Source: Amoebophrya sp. A120 (lineage: Eukaryota > Protista > Dinoflagellata). Taken from it: a DNA stretch of 64,000 nucleotides. The stretch is from positions 9,555,979 through 9,619,978 of the forward strand of contig CAJINV010000003.1 in assembly GCA_905178155.1 (NCBI GenBank), given 5' to 3'. The first letter of the stretch is position 1. Each line of letters begins with the position of its first letter. The notes under the pieces were generated by a model. It was not told where the DNA came from and made no database searches. It saw only the letters and a program-made list of their open reading frames with translations. Positions 1 to 12,600 of this stretch are shown here, one piece after another. A program made the position numbers and the translations under genes.

Positions 1-2704
1 CGCGCGCCCGCCCTTCCTCGAGGCACCATCGTCCCCGGACGCTCCGACTCCCATTCCGCGGGGCCCTTTGTGGCTCCAACAAACGGGCTGCCGATTTCCC
101 GGGCCTTGTTCACACAAAGGGGGAGGCGTGCCTCGCACAGTGGGCCTCCTGCAAAGCATCGGCCCCCATCCAGATCCCGCGAGCCATTGAAGATCCGGAG
201 TCTCCGGCCAACCCTTCCCTCGGGCCCCAAGCCGGCCCGACTTTACGGGGGGGGAAGCGATGCAATCTGGCCCCGGGACTCCCGAAGCCCCCGACCCCGG
301 AAACAGGCCCCCTGCCGCTGGGGCCCGAGCCTCCACGCCGGCACGGGCCCGGCGCTTCAGGAATTCCCGGAAACAAACCCTTCCTACGACGCACAGGCCG
401 CCGAGACCGCCAGCCCCTTCTGGCTTTGGACGAAAAAGCCCCGGGCCCGATGGCGAAAAAGGCTCGGGCCGCCGACAATCGAACCCCGGGGCCTTCGTTC
501 TGGCCTCCTCATCTGTTACATTCTCAACTGTTACGCAGCGAGGTAGCGACTTTTGATCATTTTAACTAGCTATACACCGCGGCAGCTAAAAATATTAGTT
601 TTTTTAATTAAAGCTGTGCTTTTTGGAATCGCGGCGGACGGCTGGATCCAGGGAGCGGCAAGGCGGAAATCCGGAGCCTGCAGCTGCATCATCGTCATCA
701 TGTAATGGACACCCGCTCCCAGCGCCACAGGTCAAGGATCCCCTCCCCGGGGGGTGGGCGAGGAAGCACTTTCGGCGACCTCATCATACAAAAGCCGAGC
801 GCTACCACGGCAAGTCGCCCCAAGAAAAGTGCCAACCAGTCGGGAGCTACCCACCACGCCTGATCAGTACAGCCTGCCCGGCCAGCTAGCCGAGCGCGAC
901 AGCCCAACATTCAGAACGACCCAGGACCCGACCCATTTTACGCCATAAGTTTTTGCTCTCACGGAAGAGGCGACGCACCCCTTTGGGTTAAGGGGCGAGG
1001 CTCTCCCTTAAGCCGCAACCCCACCCGGACAGGGGAGGCTGGGCCATTTGTGCCTTCCCTGCGGCACGGGCGAAAAAGGCAAGCGCGCGGACCGTAGACG
1101 TCAAACCATTGGCCAGCTGTTTGGCACTGCTGACGGGCAACCCACCTGGGGCACAGCGACAACTTAAAGGCTTGGCGTGTGCGTGGCGGTCGTCTTAGTG
1201 CAGCCCCTTGCCTTATTCTGCAACAGAAGCGAAGGGCGGGCGGGGGGGCTGGGATCGTAAGCCGGAGGCGCGTCGGGGCTTACCAATTAAGGGTGGCCGG
1301 CAATCCCCTTTGCATATTGAGCCCCCCGCTTCCAAACTAGCTCCGTCCTGCGCCACCAATAAACTTCCTTCTGTTGCAGAGTGAACCAACGTCCCAGGAC
1401 CGCAGAGCGCTAAGTCCACTGAACCCGGCGCAAGCCTCCTCGGGACTCCTCGCCACCTCCTGTCTGCGCGGGAGGCTTGCGGGAGCTACAGTCTTGCACT
1501 TGTAGCACGCCTCTGCTGACTTTTTCTTTCGTTTTTCTTAGTTCTTGCGCAGCGTTTCTCTACGTTCTGACTCTCGTGCGTTCTGTTCAACAAATTTGCT
1601 TCAAAAGCCCTCTGCGCGGCACGGTCTCAGTGTGACAGAATCTCAGTGGCTCGAGTGGACATCACTAGGCTGCTCGCGCGCTTGCCTGTAGATTGGCCGA
1701 GAAGTCGGCGCGTCCTCCGCCTCCTCTTTCTTCCTGCCTGTGGCCCGACGCAACATCTCGCCCAAGCTCCTGGGTGTGGGTTGCTCGCCTGCAATGAATA
1801 TGAATTGCAAAATCCCGCCTCCAGCATGACAAGTCTGCCCGCCTGACGCATGAACTCTCTCTAATACCTACAAAGGCCCGCCTCCTGGGGCTCGGGAGCA
1901 GCTGGCTTGTCGCGCTGGAGTGGGACTCCGGAGTTGATAACTCGCGACCACCCGCAGAAGGAAGGCCCCCCGGAAGGCACGCAGCCACAAACAAACGCGA
2001 TAGATTTTGTGCAAAAAAGTTAATAGTTCTCGCTCCCGCTGGGTATAACTAGCTAAAATGATCAAACGTCACTAGCTCGCTACGGAACAGCTGAGAACGT
2101 AGCAGCTGAGGAGCCCAGACTCGTCGGGGCTCGCTTCTGGAAACAAAGGTCCCCGAAAGCTCCGGCCCTTCGAGGAGGGGGCGCGCTCCTGGCCGCTAGC
2201 GGCAGGGGTGCGGCCGCGAGGCCGGAGCGCGGGGGCGCAACGAGCAGGGGGAAGGCCGCAAAGGGCATGGGCCCGGCTGCGCGGGCTAGAGGGAGGGGGC
2301 TTGGCTAGAGCAGAAGGCGTCCCAAGCTAAAGCTCCAGAGTGCCGCGGGCCGGGCTGCTAGGCTCGCCCCGAGCTGAAGCGCCAGAATGCTGGTCACCAG
2401 CACCCAGCACCCTGGCGCTTTAGCGGGGAGACTCACCGGGTGGGCCTCTCCGCTACAACCGGGGCTGGGCCCTTAGCATTTGCAAGCACTACGGGAGGGC
2501 GCGCCGCCCCCGAGTGCCGTGCGATTCTTGCGGGGGGGAAGGCGTGGCGGGGTGCGTGCTGCGTGTGTGGTTTCTGATGCGAAACGAGTTCCAGGCACAG
2601 ACGACACGCGACGAAGAGCACGAGGCGGAAGTAGGGCGCGAGACTGCGAAAGTAAGGCACTTGCTGCCGAGTCAGGAAGCTCCGCGTAGATTGTAATTGT
2701 GTCA

Positions 2705-4480
2705 CATGTCTCGCGCCGTCCTGTCATGGCGGCAGGGCGCATACTCCGACAGCGATGGGGAAGAGGGTAGGCAAGGCCTACCAGCGACTATGCGCGATCC
2801 TGATACCACTCCAGCGCGGGAGGGTTGGGGGAATTTCGATCGCGCGATCGGGCCGGGCGGCGTTTAGGAGAGACGGGGCGCTTGCCAAGTTCTTTTTTTA
2901 GCCATCAAGGAAGCAGATACATAGTACGTAGGGCAGTGAGGATGAGGAGCCCGGCCCTGCATGCCATACCTATCAAACCACCTCCCCTGGCCTTCGCTGC
3001 CTGGACTCACAGGCCCGCCAGCCGTTCGGAGATAGTGAGCGTGTAATTTGTATCAAGTGAGTGTCTCGCGTCGTCCTGTCATGGCGGCAGGGCGCATATT
3101 CGGACAGCGATGGGGAAGAAGGTAGGCAAAGCCTACCAGCGACTATGCACGACCCTGATACCACTCCCATCCATCGCAGGAAGGGCCGCGCACTTCACTT
3201 GTCTCCATTGGCAACACGGACCGCGCCGCGTCCTGAACGAGAGAGCCTGCCCCCCCACTCGGCCGGAGGCCTTGCCGTTCTTAGGCCCACTACTAGCTAA
3301 GGGAGACGGAGAGCGAACTGGGGTGAAGATTGCGCCCACACTCATGAGTGCGGCGACAAGACCCCGCGCGCAGTTCTCGTCGCACAACGAACGCGAAATC
3401 GCGGGAAGGCGACTGCAGGGCGACCACCCCGGCGCCCCCGCAACGCGGGGGGCGCCCTTTGATTCCGTACGAAAGGTTAGCCACGTGAGGGCTTTTGTGG
3501 CTTGCCGCTCCTGTGTGATGTCCTTGCTCCGCGTTTTCGCGGGTTACGAGAGGCGCGCACCCCTGGAAGCGTCCTCCCCTCCGGCCGCAGTACCGGCTTA
3601 GCGCGAGGTCCCTCGTCAATCGTATTCCGCGCATGGTCTTGTATGGGGCCTCGCTTCGGCAGCCGAAGCCCCTAAAACGCGCAACGGAGCATCTGCGCAG
3701 CGACCTGTAGCCGCCTGTGATGTCCCGGCCTGTAATCCGGAACGCTCCCCACAGAATCGGCCGCCTGGCCTCCTTCCTCCCTAGAGCAGGCGCGGCGGCC
3801 CCGGCCTTCTAGCGCCCACGCGTGCCGTCGGGCGCCCGGATGTGGGACTGGCTGCAAGGCTGCGCTGTGCGCTGCTCGTGCGGAAAGCTAGGGCCACTCA
3901 GCCCGCCAAAGCTATGCCGCAACCAGAAGCACGCGGCGCATTTTCTGCCGGACCGTGCACGTGCGCGGTGATTCACGGGCGAGCGACCCCCGGCCGAGGA
4001 CGTCGCGGGTACGTGGGCCGGCGCCGGCCCTTGTCGGCTGAAGGGGCTGCGACGTAGCTATGTAGATGCTCCGGGCCCTACGCCTCGCGCAGTGCTCTGC
4101 GGCTGCACCGCTCGCGTTTGTTCCCCGAGCGAGGATCTGCACTTGGTCCCCAGCTCGGAACGCGGACACAAGCTGGCCGCGGCAGTACCCGCCAGCACTT
4201 GGCTTCTGCACGTTACTACTGCGCCCCCCTGACTCGGTGCAGCGCTAGGTGAAAGCGTCCAGAGGAAGAAGCGGAAACGTCGGGGATCGCGCGACCGAGT
4301 CGGGCTGCGTTTAGCCGAGACGGGGCGCTTGCCCAATTTTCAGGCAAGTAGATACATAGTAGGGCATTGAGGATGAGGAGCCCGGCCCTCCCTCGCACAC
4401 CTATCAAACTGCCTACCCTTATCTTTTCTCTGCCTGGGCTCACAGGCTCGCCAGCCGTTCGAAGATAATGAGCGTTTTTA
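2705..4480 (+). repeat. Dispersed repeat family (partial copies 2705-3050, 3062-3168, 4283-4480), homologous to 45895-46215
   Basis: Shared blocks CAGGGCGC..ATGGGGAAGA.GG..GCCTACCAGC and ACCTATCAAA...ACAGG..CGCCAGCCGT. Confidence 0.8.
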
Positions 4481-7400
4481 TTTGTTTGGTTTCTTTCGTC
4501 GGATTATGATTATCCGCGCAGTGTGGTACTGATTGTGCTGATCGTTTTCATGTAATGGCGTACGGCGTTCGCCTACATACTTTTTCCCGGAAAGCAACAT
4601 TTACCGCCGAGCATACTTTTTTCCTGCGCCGGCGATGTGACCGAAGCCGGCCACCTGGAGCTGGCTGCCCGAAGTCGCCTGCTGGATGATCTGGAGAGCT
4701 GCGCTCCATCCCCCATATACGGCCCATGGCGTACTGCTTTGGCGAATCCGCGGGGCGACTTGGATCGGCGACGCAGGTCCTGGCCATGGAAAGGCTTTGG
4801 CGTTGCAAGAGCAATTTCTACGCCGTGAAGCAGTACAGCAGCGAGATGATGAAGCGGCGGACCTACTAGGAGGGCCAAAGTGCCCGAGGTATGACGCCAG
4901 AGGCCGGCCGATCCCATCGGCCTGGGTTGTAGTTCCTGCTGCGCCGGAACCGGGTCCCGCCCTGGGAGATCGATGCCCGCTGATAGCGGTATCCAGCGAA
5001 AAAGCGCGGCGCCGCGCGTTCTCTATTTTTCGCTACATCGATGAGATGCAGGGTGGGAGAGAGTGCACTCGGTCGCGGCGCGCGAGTGGCGACGGGCTAC
5101 CTCCGCTCCGCACCGTACCGGGAAGAAATCTTGGCAATAAATCGCGGACTGGCCGCGCGCATCCTGTTCAAAAATATCGCACTCACACAAGTAGAGCACT
5201 TTCCCGGCTCGCTGAAAATCTCTCGCCAACCTTTATTTTCGCGATCTCCTTACCAACTTCCCCATCTTCGGCTTTCGATCTATCAGCTCCCCAAAAACTC
5301 TGCCCAAGGCTTCCCATCTGCCTTTGGCCAACATCGCGCGAGCTCGCGGCCAAGCTCGCAGTCGCGGACGAGCACAGCCGCCAGCTGCGCTGCCTTTCTA
5401 CCCACTGCGGCCGCGCCGCGGGCCCGTGCGGCGGTCGAGTCAGACAGCCGCCTCAGAATCCGGCAAGGGCGGGGGCCACCGCCGGGCCTTTTTCGTGCTT
5501 TGCGGCTGTTACAGTGCCAAAAAAATAAGCGCCCTGCGTGCGAAGTCCACAGGCTGACCATTGTGGGGGCCCGCCGCACAATACGAAGGCCCGGGGCCCC
5601 GTCGTCGGGCCGCAGGGGAAGAATGCCCCGGCCGCGAACTTCGCTCGCTCAACCTGGCTCGCTGACGGCGGCCGGTGGCCACGCCATTCCCCGCCCCGAA
5701 GCGAACCCGGAAAGAACACCCCCAAAGAAGAAACGGACCGCCGGCCCGAAAGCGCTCCCCCCTTTTCCCAGAGTCACAAGCCCGGCTCTTCCCGCGATAT
5801 GCTTCAAGCCTGCCCAGGGTCGGCCAGTTTGAATGGAGGACATGGGGCTTAGGGCATTTCAGAAAATAGGCGCACTCACCTGGTAGGCCCCTGCTACTTT
5901 CGTGCGAAAAATTTTCTTTTCCACGGCAAACGTTTCCCGCTTTGCTACGCCAACCCTTGGGGTCGCTTGAAAGTTAGGGGGCCCACCTTTTGTTTTTTTC
6001 CCATTTCGGGGGCCCGAGCGGGCCCGCTTTTCCCCGTTCCCCCCCCCCGGGCCCGGCCCGCGGATCCTTCTTCGGGGGCGGGGCCCCCGGCTCGGCCGGC
6101 GAGGAACAAAACAAAAGCCGCGGCGAAAGAAACCTAGCCCCGCCCGAGCCGGGCCGCCCGGGCGGCCAAATGCGAACACACGGGCAGAAAGGGGGGCCGG
6201 CCCAAAAAGCCCCCAGCCAGGGGCATTCCACAGCCCGCGCGCGCGCTAGCACTGGCTTGCCGGCGCCCCGTGGCCCACAAAACAGTCACTACTTTGCTTT
6301 TTTTCTATCCTGCTTTGGAGTGCAAACACTGTTTGTTTCTTTGCCGCAAAGAAAGCCCAACAAAGCGGGCGCCCCTTTGCGAAAAAAAGCAAACAGGGTG
6401 AGGCGCCAAACAAGAGGCAACAAACTGCAACAGCCGAAAAGCCCCGGGGCCGCTTCGCTCTTCCGCCAATACGTGGAATCCCGTCCCGGCCCATTGGCCG
6501 GAATATCCCAAGACGCCTGCGCCCCGCCACCAACACCAGAAAGACTCTTCAGGCAGGCTCAAGCCTCCCATGGTAGTTGGGGGGAATATGGAAGGCAAGA
6601 AGACGACGCGCTGGGGCCCCGGGGAATAAACCGAAAAAATCCCTGCGCCGTTCGGTTTTTGAAGGTTCGGACACAGGCGCCGTCTCCACGGCGGGAGGCC
6701 GATTCTATTGACAAAACCATCGGCCCCGGGCGGTCGCGTGCAAATGGCGGCCCCTTGCTTCTGTGGTCAGTTCGGCGCGGATGGATGCCCTTTGCAGCCC
6801 AACCCACAGAACGGCGATGCCAGCTCACCGCGCTGCCACTTTCGCGCCAAAGCCTGGCATGAACCGGGAAGGCTGCCCCGTATGTGACGAAGGCAGGCGC
6901 CGCGGCATTTGCCACGCACTTCTGGCGCCGGGCCGGGGGGTTCCCCCGCGAACGAGAAAAACATACACGCAGGAGCCCGATGGCCCCTCTCTGGAAACGG
7001 CTGAGGGGCCCGCAGCTTCGAGCCTTTTCATAGGCGCAGGCCTTGCCCCTTGCTCTACCGCTTTCTTTGCCTTGCGCTACGCTACCGGGGCGATTTCATA
7101 CTCATCCAACGAACACAAAGGTGGGCCGGCCGTTTGGAGAAACACACCAGGACAAACAACGCGCGCGGAGTCCGCTTCTGCTGCTGGGCTCCTTCGCGCG
7201 CTGCTGTGTTTGATGGCTTGATCATGTCGGAGGGTAGCGCTGGCTTTCGCGGGCTTGATCGAAAACCACGAACCCTCTGCCGGCCTTTGGGCCGACAACA
7301 TTCCCGGCCCCGCCGCCACGAACGTCGCGAAGGCGCCAGGCTATGCTCAGCGGCTACACAGCCGCCACGTTCTTGCTCTTCGCTTCCACCAAGCGGCCTG

Positions 7401-9147
7401 CGGGCGAGCGTGGCCGGGTTGACTACTGTCCCACTGAACACACGAGAGCGGCCTGCCTCACACGGAAATGCCTGTCGGCTGCGCGAGATAGCCGCATCTC
7501 TCCCCGCAGTCCGCCTCAACATTGCCAGCATTATTCAAATCACAATGGCGCGCACTCAAACTCCAGGGAGTCGGGCAGCGGCGTGTTCGTCTTGGTTGTT
7601 CTTTTTCCTCTTTTCTCTTGGGCCTGCTCACGCACTTAGCACAGAGGAAACCGACTAAGACTAACTCTGGCGCAAGGCTCTATTTTTTGCTCTGTGGGCT
7701 CTCTAACTACTTCTTGCTCTTTTGGCTCTACGAAGCTATTTTCTCTGCGGGCACTTCTACTCTGCTACTTTAAACTTAAAGAGCTACCTACGGCTCTGCG
7801 ATAAAATTTTGCTTTTTGCGTAGTACGCTAAAAACTACCTAAACTGCTACCTCCGGCCCTACACGGCGCGCGGGTTAAACTTCGGAAGCATGCACAACAA
7901 CCAGAAGCAGTCCGAGGACGCAGACTGCTGCCTCGCTTCTGTTGGCGTTCCTACACTTCTTCTCGGCGCCGGGGAACTTTGGGGGCTGTCGACGCTTCTA
8001 GTGGGCCCTCCTGCCGTCTTGCGCTTTTCTACGCCGCAACCCTGGCCGCGCCTTTCTTTGCGGATGATCGGCGGCCTACTTTAGTCCCGGCCCTTTCGGC
8101 CCCGGGGATAGTGGGCATGCCCTTTGTCAAGCTTTTGCGACTTAGAATCTTTGGAGCGGCGCGCCTTTGGGGGGGGAGTGTCAGCGTGCGCGGCTCCTCG
8201 CGTCCTTGTGTCTCGTCATCCTCGTACACTCAGCGCGAGCATGATATACGAACACTTTCAGCCATTTGAGCTGTCTCATCTGTGAGTGCTCGCAGACTCT
8301 GGGCAGTGACCTGAGTCTCTGGTCCGATGTGAGAACTTTGCTTCAGAAACTTTCGCGCGTCGGCGGTTTCTTTCTCCTTGCGTGCTTGCGTGTTCAAGTT
8401 CAGGCTCTAACACAAGTAGGAGGTGCTCAGCATTTATGAGATCCCACCCAATAACTTTCCTTAGGGAGGGGGAGGGCGCGTGCTGAAGGGCCATTCTGTA
8501 TACCGATACATAGGCGCTTCGAGAAATCCTTAATAGTCGAGACGGGAAGTAGAGGCTTGCTGCCACAGTCAAAGTCAATACGTTTCCGCTTACTATTTGT
8601 CTTTCTTTGATTGTTCATATTTCTTGTGCTGTCAGGGCATGGCTCAAGTTTGTACTCGGCCCAATTCGAGATTGTTTGCATCGTCCTTCGTCCTCCTCGT
8701 GCAACTCTCTAAATGGTCGCAAAGCTGCTCCTGCCTAACAAGATATATAGCAACGATATACATAGATATACTCAAGTCAGACACCGGGAGATGAGAGTAA
8801 ACCACTATCGATCCCGCCTCTCTGTACAGGTAAATGTAAAAAGAGCATTGAGATTTTCTCACTTGCAGTCGTATATCTACACGCAGTTTGTTAGCTCATG
8901 CTCTTTGTTCTGTTGAGTTAATTACTATCGATCGCGATCCTCTAATGCAATCGCGTCGGATCGCGGTAGCAAGTGTTTCCCTTTCTTCGCTAGCTTGCCG
9001 CCTGCACATGAGGCCCACGCCCTATCTTGAGCGTCTCTCTTCATTGTTCGCGAGGTAGCGCGTCCGGGAGCCTGCTGACACTTTGCATTGATGAGCGGGC
9101 CGACGAATCAAGGCACAAGCAGGAAATAATAGCGGCAGGGTGTGAGA

Positions 9148-9603
9148 TCAATATCCGCTGGCAGCAGTATTTTCTCGGCTCTGCAGCAGGGCAAGCGCCA
9201 TCTCTTCGTTCACGGGAGGCGCATCGTCTAGCCCTTCTCTCATAAAGTCCTTCATAGCGACGATCTTCAGGAACGCATCCTTTCGATATTCTCTGCTATC
9301 CTGCCACGTGTGCCATTCTTGTGTGATTTCGTCAGGAGTCGCAGCGCTGCTCTCCACATGCGCCCAGTTGTGTGTCTCCTGTGCGTCCTTTGGTGGGGCT
9401 CCCAGGCTGTCCGAAATGCACCAGAACCCTCTATCCTTGTGCAGCAGGTGTCCCTGCATCGCGAGCCCTGCTTCAGTTTGTTGATCTGTCAACGGCCGGC
9501 CGTCCTCACTTACCCAATAAAGATACTGGCCACCATTTTCCATTTCAAACACTGGCCGCCCAAAGAGCTCCTGCGGTTGTCTCAGGAAGCATCCATCCAA
9601 AAC
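9148..9603 (-). CDS. Terminal exon
   Basis: Acceptor TGCCAG|GTT in phase 0 with the donor at 14931. GCFLRQPQELFGRPVFE..QYLYW..FWCISDSLG..AHVESSAATPDEITQEW repeats a domain seen in the two preceding exons. Stop at 9148. Confidence 0.75.
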   Translation of the reverse strand, partial: VLDGCFLRQPQELFGRPVFEMENGGQYLYWVSEDGRPLTDQQTEAGLAMQGHLLHKDRGFWCISDSLGAPPKDAQETHNWAHVESSAATPDEITQEWHTWQDSREYRKDAFLKIVAMKDFMREGLDDAPPVNEEMALALLQSRENTAASGY

Positions 9604-12600
9604 CTGGCACAAATGGATCAAAGAATCAAAAAGAAGAAGGGGCCGCACTACAAGCCAGCAACACGGAAAGCCTGGCAATCCCCGCCAGGACATTCGGCCG
9701 GGTCAACTTTGGATGGGGCGGTCTCATCCTGGTGTGGCGCGAGGAGCGGGCCATGGCAAGGCACTGGGGCGGGCCGGTGACCGAGAGGACCGGGTGGGGG
9801 GGGCATACAAAACGGGCGCCCTTAGCGCTGAGCTCAAACTCCGCGGGCACTACAGGCCGGCCGGGTGGCCTAGTATGGAAGCCGGCAGAAGCGCGCCGAA
9901 TATGGGGCAGCTCGGATGTTCGTCCTGGCTTGGCTAATTCTTGCCGCCGCCCGCACCCGACCGCGCCCCGCCGGTCTATCTTGCCTTGCGGGCCAACTTT
10001 TCGCAATGCCGTTCGGCGCTTTTGTTTGCCGTCCCGCCCGGGGGCGCCGCCGTCTGTGTCGCCGCGCCGCGGTTTTTCTGGCTTGGCACAAAAACCAACA
10101 CAGCTTCGATGGCCACAATCTATGCCGCCGCGCCTAATTTTTTGCACGGCGGAAACTGCCCAAAGTTGCCGACCGCTGGGGTTCGAAAGGGCAAGCGTTC
10201 CCGACACGCTATGGCCCCACTTGGGTCTCCACCAGATCGGGCCCCTTGGGCGCCCCGGGCATCGCTTGCCGTTTTTGGTAGGGCGCGTTTTTTTTTTTTG
10301 TTTTTCCTTGTCAGCAAAGCAGTCGGCTTGTCCTCTCGTCGGCCTCTGAAGTGCTCGGCTTTGTTTAGTGCGCGGCTTTTCTATCTTTGGCATTTTTCCG
10401 GCCCTTCCTTTTTGGGCGCCGCAAAGCCAAACCGCCAGGAGCCAAGGCGGTGGGAGCCCCGAAAGGGCGCCCCTTATTGCCGGCCCCCCTGCGCCGTTGG
10501 TTAGGTTTTCCAAAGCGGAAGGCGGGAGAATGAATAGCCTCGGGCTTGTTTGACGGAAAAGCCCGGGCCGCCTGGTGCGTGAGGCGTTTTTTTTTATGCC
10601 AGAAAACACTTCCGGCCGCCTGCACGCCGTCGGGCATTTTGCTGGGCGGGTGCCAAAAAAGCCGCTAGGTAGGTTAGCGCGCCCCCGGCCTCACTACACA
10701 CAACGCACGGCCCTACGCTATGACGCGAGCGATAGGCCCCGAAGCCTCTTACGAATAAAGCGCGGGCCGAACTGTGTGGGGGCCCGGCTTTTTACCTATC
10801 AGCCATCACGCTGCAGCCGATATGCCTCGCAGGACCGGACCCCGAAGGGCACGGGGGTAATTTTTCCGGGGCCGATCCGTCGCTGGAATCAAGGGGGGCA
10901 ATCATCTCCCGATTGGAATCAATGGCGGCGATCGTCTCCGACTTGGAATCAATGGGGGCGCCTTCGTCCTAGTGTGAAAACGGGGAAAGGAACATGGGAA
11001 ATCGATTACATTTATGCCTTGGACGGTCGTTAGCATACAGAAGGGTGAATTTGCAGTGAATTTGTATTGCATGACTTGCATTTACTTCAAAAGAGAAGTG
11101 CGCTGCGTAAAGGGCTGGGCACGAGCCCAAGCAGCTCACGCAGCGTGAAGGGCTGCTCGGTGCCAGGTGGCACTTGCAGCACCGAAAGAAGTAGTGGTAG
11201 GTCTTGCTGGGGCCCGCCGGACTGTGTAGTGCATATGTAACCAAAGAGTGTGGGTCGTGGGGCTCTTGTTCATCTGCGCGTCTGCCTCAGAAGTTCCTCT
11301 CCGGAATGGTCGGGAGGGAGGGCGACGCCTGAACACAGGGGCACTAGTTCAACACGTGCGCTCTCACGAGTTGTGGTTGTGGCTTGGAATTGGATATCTG
11401 GGAGTAGCCTCGGGTGGAAAGGAAGGCACGACTCGGCTACGGGCACTAGCTTGCTTGGCCTGGTGTGCTCGGCTTACAACTCCCCAGGCGTGTTTTTGCC
11501 CCCGGAGCAAGTCTTTTTCGAGGTGGCTCTCAGGTCAAGAATTCTCTTGGTGAATTTTGAGGCTTTTTGTTTTTGCGACACTTTTTTGAAGCCCCCAAAC
11601 CCGGAGTTTCTCACGCGCTAGCGAATTTTGAAAAGGAGCCGGAGGCCAAAATTCACCGGCGCCCTTTTCAAAATTCACCCCAAAATTCACCGGGCGCCCA
11701 TTTTCGACCGTGATAAGCAAACTTTAGCGCAGAAAAGTGCTCAAAAAAGTGCACAGATAGGCCATGAGAAGGAACGCAAAGGGGGAAAAAGCGTAGTCCT
11801 CTGCTGCCCTAAGCCCGCCTGTATTCTGCTGAAAATGCCGCAAGATTTCACGCGCCTGCCGGGAAAATGCGTCAAAGCTCTCGGCCGGGTCCTTTCGTCC
11901 TTGCCTGCCTTCTTGCTTAGTTGTATGCGCTTCGCAGCCTTTATTTCTGGCGTCTTTGCCGCGGCTGCTGCAGTGCTCTTCTGCGAGAACCCGGAGGCGC
12001 AAAAACCTGCCCAAAGAATGGCGCCCGGGCCATGTCCTCTGGCTGCCCACTGCACAAATAAAGCCCGCGGCTGCTGCGCGGTGCAGGGCCTTCTACTTCC
12101 CAGAACAGGGCCAAGAGGGACAATGCCCCGGCGGGCCCAACTGCAATTTGGCATGCAAAATTCACTACAAATTCACCACTTCTCATGCTAACGGGTGTTA
12201 AAGCTCTAAATTACATCAGTCAAGCGCACGGCTTGGCTTTACTTTTCAGGCTTTCTATATATGACGGAATGCCAAAGCAATTCTTCGGCACTACAAAGGG
12301 GGGCTGCCAGGTAAAATCGAAACTGGTACTGGCGCGGCATTAAGTCGCTGTATATTATATATAACATGGCAAGAAAGGCGCGCGCTGTTCTTATCTGCCT
12401 TGCTGTGCCAATGCAAGCCCCCGCAGTTTGTTTCTCGCGACGCCTTGGCGATACCGATATCCCTCTACGCTCTGTTTTACTTTTTTAGAACGCGCCCACA
12501 AGAGTCCTCGTTTTTTGTTGCAGCCCCACCCGGCGGCGCATGTTCTCGAGGCGCGTCACGTATCCGCCTGTCGGAAGCGAGTGCGTAGCCCTCGGCCAAA

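Noticed and set aside
1-9000. Numerous overlapping 60-290 aa ORFs on both strands
   Set aside because: Pro/Arg/Gly/Ala-rich translations expected from GC-rich, stop-poor decayed repeats, with no domain motifs. Possible small exons near 1630-1850 and 8280-8740 could not be supported.
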